Assembly: GCA_035304545.1 (NCBI GenBank)
Contig: DATGPV010000054.1
Coordinates: 196,606-260,605 of the forward strand
Length of the DNA stretch: 64,000 bases
Direction of reading: 5' to 3'
From: Limnochordales bacterium
GTDB lineage: Bacteria; Bacillota; Limnochordia; Limnochordales; ZCTH02-B6
In this document: positions 35,248 to 42,103 of the stretch, piece by piece
Numbering within the stretch: the stretch's first letter is position 1
Layout of the letters: every line of letters begins with the position of its first letter
Notes under the pieces: generated by a model
Seen by the model: the letters and a program-made list of their open reading frames with translations, nothing else
Database searches by the model: none
What the model was told of the DNA's origin: nothing
Made by a program: the position numbers and the translations under genes

Positions 35248-36663
35248 CTACCCCCGGACCCAGCGGGCCAACTCGTGGGCAAAGGCGGGGCCGGTCAGCC
35301 GCACGTCCCAGCGGTGGACCGCGTCGTGGCGGGCCTGCAAACCCTTGGCCCGCGCTTCCTCCCGGTGGGTGAAAACGTGGCGCAGGAGCGCCCGCAAATG
35401 CTCCACGCTGGGTTTGGCCCAGCGCAACCCGCCGTACAGATGGCCCAGCTCCACGTGGGGCGGCGCGGGCTCCAGCCCTTCCAGGTCGATGAGGTACGCG
35501 TTCTGATCGTTGAGAAAGTCCGTTTGGGCGCTCCAGCGGGTCGCGATGACGGGCAGGCCCGCCGCCATGGCCTCCTGCAGGGGAAGCCCCCACCCTTCGC
35601 CCCGGGTAGGCAGCACGAAGGCGTGGCACGCGGTGTACAATCCCGCCATCTGGCTGGCGGCCAGGGCCCGCTGATCCACGATGATGGGCGCCGTCCCGTT
35701 CCACGGCAGCCGCAGACTATCGATGAATCCTTGGATGATAGGCGCGACCCCCGGGTTCGTCTTGAGGATCAGGGTCACATCTTCGTCGGGATGAAACTCC
35801 AGGGCGTAGGCCTCGATGAGCAGGGGCCAGCCTTTCCGCTGCAGCCAGCTGAAGACCGACAGGAACCGGAAGCCGCGGGCTCCCGGCAGCGGCAGCGGCG
35901 GAGCCCCCGGGTGGAAAAGCCGCGTATCGACGCCCACGGGCAGGATGCGCAATTTGCCCGGGTCCACACCGCTCGCGGCAAAGGTGTGGTAGTTGAAATG
36001 CGACGGCACCCAGATGGCGTGCATGCGGCGGCAAGCCGCGACCCAACCGGCCGGCAGCCGATCCGCCTCGAACATGGTCCGCCCGATGCGGATCGTGCCG
36101 GGGACGGCCGCGCCGAAGGCGTCGGGCGGCGCGTGCACCAGGGACACCTGCGGGTAGCGGCCCCGCACCGGCCGGTGCAGCAGGGGAAACAAATGCCCCA
36201 GGTGGTCATCGATCTCCAGCCCTGCCCACCAGCGGCCCGGAGGGGGCGGCGGCACAACCCGCACGGTGAACCCCGCGTCCAGAAGCTGCCTGAGCACCGC
36301 CCGGGCCTCGTAGTTGTACCCGCCGGCGCCGTAGAATGGGCCGACATAGTAAATGTAGGGGGACCGCCGGGGCATGCCCGGCAGCCGGCCCAGGCCCGCG
36401 GCCCAGCGGGCTTGCAGCCACCTATCGAGGCCCGCGCGGGACGGCGGAGCCCACCGGCGCCAACCGCGCACCCGCCCGCGGCGCCACCAGACCGGCCGCG
36501 CCCGCCCGCGACGGCCCATGGCCGACCTGCGGCGTCCTCGCCAACCGAATCGTCTCCTGCGGCGCCCGGTGCGTCTCCTGCCCCGGACGGCCGCGGGCCC
36601 AGCGTGGATGAAGGGCACGACTGTGTTCCTCCCCTCGCGCCGGCCAAACGCCTGGCCTGGCAT
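35248..36663 (-). CDS. glycosyltransferase (paralog of 30946..32232) with an Arg/Trp-rich N-terminal extension
   Basis: From LDRWLQARWAAGLGRLPGMPRRSPYIYYVGPFYGAGGYNYEARAVLRQLLDAGFTV onward it is collinear with the plus-strand paralog through LPTRGEGWGLPLQEAMAAGLPVIAT and WAKPSVEHLRALLRHVF. The ATG at 36663 lies 15 nt after the upstream stop. An alternative ATG at 36519 still leaves an Arg-rich leader. Confidence 0.75.
   Translation of the reverse strand: MPGQAFGRREGRNTVVPFIHAGPAAVRGRRRTGRRRRRFGWRGRRRSAMGRRGRARPVWWRRGRVRGWRRWAPPSRAGLDRWLQARWAAGLGRLPGMPRRSPYIYYVGPFYGAGGYNYEARAVLRQLLDAGFTVRVVPPPPPGRWWAGLEIDDHLGHLFPLLHRPVRGRYPQVSLVHAPPDAFGAAVPGTIRIGRTMFEADRLPAGWVAACRRMHAIWVPSHFNYHTFAASGVDPGKLRILPVGVDTRLFHPGAPPLPLPGARGFRFLSVFSWLQRKGWPLLIEAYALEFHPDEDVTLILKTNPGVAPIIQGFIDSLRLPWNGTAPIIVDQRALAASQMAGLYTACHAFVLPTRGEGWGLPLQEAMAAGLPVIATRWSAQTDFLNDQNAYLIDLEGLEPAPPHVELGHLYGGLRWAKPSVEHLRALLRHVFTHREEARAKGLQARHDAVHRWDVRLTGPAFAHELARWVRG
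36433..36663 (-). repeat. Arg/Trp-rich low-complexity segment (N-terminal extension of the GT)
   Basis: The segment reads ...RGRRRTGRRRRRFGWRGRRRSAMGRRGRARPVWWRRGRVRGWRRW. It precedes the first residue that aligns with the paralog. Confidence 0.5.
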
Positions 36664-36678
36664 CGCCGGAGCGCTCCG

Positions 36679-37638
36679 TCAAGCCGCCACTGTCTGCCGC
36701 CAGTAGTTCAGCGTGTCCCGCAACGTCTGCTCGAGGGGGATTTCCGGTTTCCAGCCGGTGCACGCCCGGAAGCGGCTGGCATCGCCGAGAAGGATCGGCA
36801 CGTCCGACGGCCGCAGGCGGGCCGGATCGACCCGTACCTCTACCCGCACCCGGCTCAAGGCCACCAGACGCTCCAGCACCGACCGAATGGTGTGGGTTTC
36901 CCCGCTGGCGATGTTGTACACCGCGCCGGGCGCGCCGTGCTCCAGCGCAAGCCGGTACGCCCGGACGATGTCCCGCACGTCGGTGAAGTCCCGCCGGGCA
37001 TCCAGGTTGCCCACATGCAGCACCGGCGGGCGCACGCCCCGCTCCATCTCGGCGATCTGCTTGGCAAAATTGCTGATGACAAAAGGTTCTGCCTGCCGGG
37101 GTCCAGCGTGGTTGAAGGCCCGGGTACGGACCACGTCCAGCCCGTAGCTCTGGTGGTACTGGTAGGCCAGGAAATCCTGGGTGATCTTGCTGACCGCGTA
37201 CGGACTCAAGGGGCGCAGCGGCTGCTCTTCGCGAATGGGCACTTCGTGGGCGTAGACCAAGCCGTATTCCTCCGAAGAGCACGCCACCTGCACCCGGCAA
37301 TCCAAGCGGTGCTTGCGGATGGCTTCAAACAAGTTGAGCTGGCCCAGGACGTTGGTGTCCATGGTTTCGTAGGGCGCCGTCCAGGAACTGGGCACAAAGC
37401 TTTGGGCCGCCAGGTGAAACACCCAGTGGGGCCGCACCTCCCCCACCACCCGTTCCACCGATGACGGGTCCCGCAGGTCGCACTCCAGCAGGTGCAGCCG
37501 GGGGACTAGGTGCCGGATGTTGTGCATCCCGCTGCGGGTGCGGTGAAGGCCGTACACTTGAAACCGGCCGTCCGCCACCAAGAGCTCCGCCAAGTGGCTC
37601 CCCGCGAAACCAGTGATGCCGGTGATGAGCACACGCAC
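36679..37638 (-). CDS. SDR-family NDP-sugar dehydratase/reductase (GDP-mannose 4,6-dehydratase / GDP-6-deoxyhexose reductase-like)
   Basis: I trimmed the ORF to the GTG at 37638 (GGGAGGGAGG 8 nt upstream). Motifs include VRVLITGITGFAGSHLAELL, the catalytic YAVSK, and RDFTDVRDIV. The product is about 319 aa. Confidence 0.85.
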   Translation of the reverse strand: MRVLITGITGFAGSHLAELLVADGRFQVYGLHRTRSGMHNIRHLVPRLHLLECDLRDPSSVERVVGEVRPHWVFHLAAQSFVPSSWTAPYETMDTNVLGQLNLFEAIRKHRLDCRVQVACSSEEYGLVYAHEVPIREEQPLRPLSPYAVSKITQDFLAYQYHQSYGLDVVRTRAFNHAGPRQAEPFVISNFAKQIAEMERGVRPPVLHVGNLDARRDFTDVRDIVRAYRLALEHGAPGAVYNIASGETHTIRSVLERLVALSRVRVEVRVDPARLRPSDVPILLGDASRFRACTGWKPEIPLEQTLRDTLNYWRQTVAA

Positions 37639-37841
37639 GGGGCCTGCCTCCCTCCCTGTGTTTGGAAACCAATGCAACTCAGACCCAACGTATGGCCGCG
37701 CGGGCATGCCGGTCACCGGATCCCACCCAATGGGGAATCCCATCATGCGAAAGGCATCCTATTGTGAGTCAATTAGGAATTCCATCCTGCCCTTGCCGCT
37801 GGTCCCGGTCATACCGTGGCGCGAAAGGAGGTGCCGCCAGG

Positions 37842-38747
37842 GTGCAAGTCGCCATCGTGACCCACGACGGGCACGCCCGGTCGTACCGCACCCGGGCGCT
37901 CTTGGACCGGTTGACCCGGCGGGGTGTCCACTGGGTGTTGCTGAGTCCGCAACAGATCACGCTGCAAGTACAAGGCAAACACGTCCGGTTTCTGGACGGA
38001 GCCGCCCGGCCCGTGGAGCCCGGGGTAGTGCTCAACGCGCTCTACTTGCCTTCGGGGCACGGGTTGGAGATCATCGAAGGGTTTGAAGCCGTCGGGGTGC
38101 CCGTGGTCAACCGGGCCGCCGCCTGGCGCAAGGCCAAGACCAAAGCCCTGGCCAGCGTAGCCTTGGGCGTGCACGGCGTGCCGCACCCCGACACCGTCTG
38201 GTCGCCGGGGGCGCCGGCGGCCATCGGCCATGTGGCCCGTGCCGTCATCGGACCGCACGTAGTCTACAAGCCGTGGCGGGGCACCATGGGCACCGGCGTC
38301 ACGCTCCTCACCCGGCCCCGGTCCGTGCACCGTGTAGTAGCCCGCCTGGCTCGCCGGGGCGCCCCCGTCTACCTGCAGCGTTTCGTGCCCAACCCGGGCC
38401 GGGACATCCGCGTCATGGTGGTGGGCGAGGAAGCCATCGGGGCCACCTACCGCGTCGCCCGGCGGGGACGGTGGAAGACCAACGTCACCGCGGGCGGCAT
38501 TCCTGCCCCCTGCCCCGTGACCGAAGATCTCGCGGCCGTCTCCGTGGCCGCGGCCAAGAGCCTCGGCCTGGACATCGCGGGCGTGGATGTCATCGAGGGA
38601 GCCCACGGGTACGAAATCTTGGAGGTCAACGCCTGGCCCAACTACCATCGATTTGACCAGGTGGCGGGCGTCGACGTGGCCGACCGCATCGCGGCCCTGC
38701 TCATGGCCCGGGCGGTGCCGCCCAGGCGTCCCCCCAAAGACCGGTAG
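37842..38747 (+). CDS. RimK-family ATP-grasp ligase (alpha-L-glutamate-ligase-like)
   Basis: The GTG at 37842 follows AAAGGAGGTG. Motifs include VVYKPWRGTMGTGV, QRFVPNPGRDIRVMVVGEEAIGATYRV...WKTNVTAGG, and GVDVIEGAHGYEILEVNAWP. Confidence 0.8.
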   Translation: MQVAIVTHDGHARSYRTRALLDRLTRRGVHWVLLSPQQITLQVQGKHVRFLDGAARPVEPGVVLNALYLPSGHGLEIIEGFEAVGVPVVNRAAAWRKAKTKALASVALGVHGVPHPDTVWSPGAPAAIGHVARAVIGPHVVYKPWRGTMGTGVTLLTRPRSVHRVVARLARRGAPVYLQRFVPNPGRDIRVMVVGEEAIGATYRVARRGRWKTNVTAGGIPAPCPVTEDLAAVSVAAAKSLGLDIAGVDVIEGAHGYEILEVNAWPNYHRFDQVAGVDVADRIAALLMARAVPPRRPPKDR

Positions 38748-38810
38748 GAGAGGCTCCAGGTGCTAGGCGCCGGTGGCGGCTCCGACCGTAGGCTTTCGTT
38801 GCGGACTCGG

Positions 38811-40295
38811 TCACAGGTCCCGGCGGCGCAGGCGGGCCACGGCCTCGATGTGGGTCGTCATCGGGAACATGTCCACGGGCTGGACCTGCTCGGTGTCGTA
38901 GCCCAGCGAAGCAAGGCGGGCCAGATCCCGGGCCAGGCTTTCGGGGTGGCAAGATACGTACACAAGGCGGGGCACCCCGGCCCGGGCCAGCGCCTCCAGC
39001 ACCGCGGGATCGCACCCGCGGCGGGGCGGGTCCAGCACCGCCACATCAAACCGCTGGCCCGCCTGCACCAAGCCCGGCAGCACGTCCTCCACCCGGCCCA
39101 CGAGAAACCGGGCGTTGTGGATGCCGTTGTGCCGGGCGTTGCGCTGGGCGTCGGCCACCGCGTCGGGCACGGCTTCGATGCCCACCACTTCCCGGGCGCC
39201 CGCGGCCAAGTAGAGGGCGATGGTGCCCACCCCGCAGTAGGCGTCCAAGACCCGCTCCCCGCCGGTGAGGCCCGCGTCCCGGCGCGCCTGCTCGTACAGG
39301 ACTTCCACCTGCTGGCCGTTGACCTGGAAAAAGGACCGCGGCGAGATGAGAAAACGCACCGGGCCGATGCGGTCCTCCAGGTGGGACGCGCCCCACAGGA
39401 TACGGGTTTCGTCGCCGAAAATGACGTTGGTGCGGCGGGGGTTGATGTTTTGCACCACCGACACCACCGCCGGGTGCGCGGCCAGGCCGCGTACCACCGC
39501 CTCCCGAGCCGGCAAGTGGGGGCCGTTGGTCACCAGGATGACCATGGCCGTCCGGTGGGCGCGGCTTGACCGCACCACCACGTGCCGGACGACGCCCTGG
39601 CCAGTGCCCTCGTCATAGATGGGCACCCGGTGCTCGTCCAGGAGGGAGCGGGCCAGGTTGGCCACCTCGACGTTGAGGGGATCCTGGATCAAGCAGTCGT
39701 TGGCGTCGACGATGTCGTGGGTGCCCCGGGCATAAAAGCCCATGGCCACATGCCCGTCGACCGCGGCCACCGGATACTGGGCTTTGTTGCGGTAGCGCCA
39801 CGGATCCGCCATGCCCAACACCGGCATCACGGGTACGGAGGCCAGCCCTCCGATGCGGCGCAAGGCCTCCCGCACCCGCCGCTCCTTCCAGCGCAGCTGG
39901 GCCTGGTAGTCCAGGGCTTGCAGTTGGCAGCCGCCGCACCGGTCCGCCACCGGGCAAGGCGGCGCCACCCGGTCGGGGGATGGCCTAAGGAGGCGCAAGA
40001 GCCGCCCGCGGCCGTGGCGCCGGGCCACGGACTCCATCTCCACCAGCCCGTAGTCGCCAGGCACCGCTCCGGGCACGAACACCACCAGCCCGTGCACCCG
40101 CCCGACGCCGTCCCCCGCGGCGTCCAGGTCCTCAATGGCCATGGGGTACTGTAGGCCCACCCGGATGGCCTCGCCCTTGGCCGGCGGTTCCGCCGTGGCC
40201 GCCCGCCGGGGCGCCCGTTCCCGGCGCCCCATCCGCGCCCGCCTGGGCCCTCGGCCCTGTCCCATGGTCGCCCTCCTCCTACTTGCCTCCCCCAT
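38811..40295 (-). CDS. 23S rRNA (uracil-C5)-methyltransferase, RumA/RlmD (TrmA) family
   Basis: A TRAM-like N-terminus (IEDLDAAGDGVGRVHGLVVFVPGAVPGD) is followed by the Fe-S cysteines PPCPVADRCGGCQLQ. The SAM domain includes VLDAYCGVGTIAL, DPPRRGC and YVSCHPESLARD. The start is uncertain; ATG codons at 40295, 40265 and 40232 are all possible. Confidence 0.85.
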   Translation of the reverse strand: MGEASRRRATMGQGRGPRRARMGRRERAPRRAATAEPPAKGEAIRVGLQYPMAIEDLDAAGDGVGRVHGLVVFVPGAVPGDYGLVEMESVARRHGRGRLLRLLRPSPDRVAPPCPVADRCGGCQLQALDYQAQLRWKERRVREALRRIGGLASVPVMPVLGMADPWRYRNKAQYPVAAVDGHVAMGFYARGTHDIVDANDCLIQDPLNVEVANLARSLLDEHRVPIYDEGTGQGVVRHVVVRSSRAHRTAMVILVTNGPHLPAREAVVRGLAAHPAVVSVVQNINPRRTNVIFGDETRILWGASHLEDRIGPVRFLISPRSFFQVNGQQVEVLYEQARRDAGLTGGERVLDAYCGVGTIALYLAAGAREVVGIEAVPDAVADAQRNARHNGIHNARFLVGRVEDVLPGLVQAGQRFDVAVLDPPRRGCDPAVLEALARAGVPRLVYVSCHPESLARDLARLASLGYDTEQVQPVDMFPMTTHIEAVARLRRRDL

Positions 40296-40396
40296 TGTAG
40301 CCCAAGGGCCCGCCCCCGTCAGCCGCGCCCAGTCATGGGCTTCCCCAAAGGCCCGTATACATCTACGGGGCCGGTGGGAAATCCCGCCGCCATCCG

Positions 40397-41368
40397 TTGG
40401 AGGGGGCGTGTCCTTTGACGGAAAGCCGCTGGCTGACTCGCATGCCCGTGTACGACCTGGAAACCGGGCGCGTCGTGGGCCGCGTCCGCCGGTTGATCGT
40501 GGATCCCGACGAGCGCCGGGTGGTGGGGCTGCTGCTGGCCGGGCGCCTGGGCAAGGAACCCCAGTGCCTGCCCTTTCGGGACGTGCACGCGGTGGGCGAG
40601 CATGCAGTGACGGTGCGGGGTACCGACGCCATCGTCCCCGTATCCGAGCTGCCGGAAATGCAGGAGGCGCTGCGCTCCCGGCGGCGCCTGTACCACGCCC
40701 CCATCCTGACCGAAGGCGGCCGGTTCTTGGGGGACGTGGACGAGTACACCGTCAATCCCCGCAGCGGGCGCATCGAAGCGCTGCTGCTGTCGGGCGGCCT
40801 CATCCGGGACCTGTTTCGCGGCCAGGCGGTATTGCCGGCTCACCTGGTGCTGACCATCGGCGAAGACGCTCTCATTGTGCGGGATCAGGCCGTGGGGCTG
40901 CTGGAACCCCGTGCGCGGGAAGGCGCCGAGGGGCCCGGGGCGCGCTCCCTGCCCCACGGCAGCGCTGGAGGCGCCGCCCAGCCCCATGCCGCGGCCGCAT
41001 CCCCGCCTCGGGCCAGGACGGCCGCCCAGCGGCTGCGGGCGGTGTTCAGCGGCTGGCGCCGCCGGTCCAGCGCCGCGGGCGAGGACCCGCCGGCCCCTAA
41101 GGAAACTGCGCCGTCCCCGCCCGCCGCGTCCGGGCGCTCCGCCGCCCCAGGGCCGTCGCCCGCCCTGGGGGGAGCCGCACCGGGCGGCCCGCCGGCCCCA
41201 GGTCCCGGCGGGCCGGTGCCGGCGGGCCGGACCGCCGACGGGAAAGCCGCTCCGGAAAACGCCGCGGCCAGCGGCCCTGCGCCGCCCCAGGCGGCAGCCA
41301 GCCCGGCTGGGTCCACCGGGGCGCCGGCAAGTCGCCCGGCCGGTGCCGACGGGACGGCCGCGCCTTAG
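40397..41368 (+). CDS. PRC-barrel domain protein (tandem PRC, YlmC/YmxH-like) with a long Ala/Pro/Gly-rich C-terminal region
   Basis: Two PRC-like units are present: VYDLETGRVVGRVRRLIVDPDERRVVGLLL and ILTEGGRFLGDVDEYTVNPRSGRIEALLLSGG. About 170 aa of low-complexity sequence follow. The start is uncertain (TTG at 40397 or 40415, or ATG at 40442). The stop overlaps the engB stop. Confidence 0.6.
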   Translation: MEGACPLTESRWLTRMPVYDLETGRVVGRVRRLIVDPDERRVVGLLLAGRLGKEPQCLPFRDVHAVGEHAVTVRGTDAIVPVSELPEMQEALRSRRRLYHAPILTEGGRFLGDVDEYTVNPRSGRIEALLLSGGLIRDLFRGQAVLPAHLVLTIGEDALIVRDQAVGLLEPRAREGAEGPGARSLPHGSAGGAAQPHAAAASPPRARTAAQRLRAVFSGWRRRSSAAGEDPPAPKETAPSPPAASGRSAAPGPSPALGGAAPGGPPAPGPGGPVPAGRTADGKAAPENAAASGPAPPQAAASPAGSTGAPASRPAGADGTAAP

Positions 41369-42102
41369 GGCGCGGGCGGCGCATCGGGACGCTGGACCGT
41401 GGCGGGGCCGGTATCGGGATCGGACGCAGGGGGATGGCCGGCGTCAGACAGCTCCGGGTCAGGACCGTCACCGCGGGCGGATCCGGCAGGAAGCTGGGCC
41501 GCCAAGCGGGCCTCCAGGAGAAATCCCCGGAGCACCTGCATCAAGTCCGCGCGCCCCGCGCCGCTGACGGCCGAAAACGCGATGGTGGGCAACCCCAATT
41601 CCCGGGCCATGGCTTCGACGCGCCCCCGCCAGTGGCCCCGGGCGATCTTGTCCGCCTTGGTAGCCACCGCCACCGCGGGCAAGCCCCGGTGCCGCAGCCA
41701 TTGGGCCATGGCCCGGTCGTCGGCCGTGGGCGGATGGCGCATATCCACCACTTGCAGAATGCCGATGAGATTTTCCCGCCGGTTCAGGTACCCCTCGATC
41801 ATGGGTCCCCATTGCCGCTTGATGCGCTGGGGGACCCGGGCGTACCCGTAGCCCGGCAAGTCCACCAGGCAGAGGCGGTCGTCGATGACGTAAAAGTTGA
41901 TGGTCTGGGTGCGCCCGGGCGTATTGCTGGTGCGGGCGATGGCCGCATGGACCAGGTGGTTGATGAGGGACGACTTGCCCACGTTGGAGCGGCCGACCAA
42001 GGCCACCTCCGGCAGCGAATGCCGGGGCCACTGTTCCGGCTTCACCGCCACGGCCGCGAGGCGGGCCCGCCGCCAGTTGATCACAGGCAGACCCCGGGAC
42101 AC
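41365..42102 (-). CDS. engB: ribosome-biogenesis GTPase EngB/YsxC
   Basis: G1 is VALVGRSNVGKSSLIN, with DLPGYGYA and TKADK also present. It lies directly downstream of lonA, as in Bacillus. An acidic/Pro-rich tail of about 45 aa follows. Confidence 0.9.
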   Translation of the reverse strand: MSRGLPVINWRRARLAAVAVKPEQWPRHSLPEVALVGRSNVGKSSLINHLVHAAIARTSNTPGRTQTINFYVIDDRLCLVDLPGYGYARVPQRIKRQWGPMIEGYLNRRENLIGILQVVDMRHPPTADDRAMAQWLRHRGLPAVAVATKADKIARGHWRGRVEAMARELGLPTIAFSAVSGAGRADLMQVLRGFLLEARLAAQLPAGSARGDGPDPELSDAGHPPASDPDTGPATVQRPDAPPAP

Positions 42103-42103
42103 G

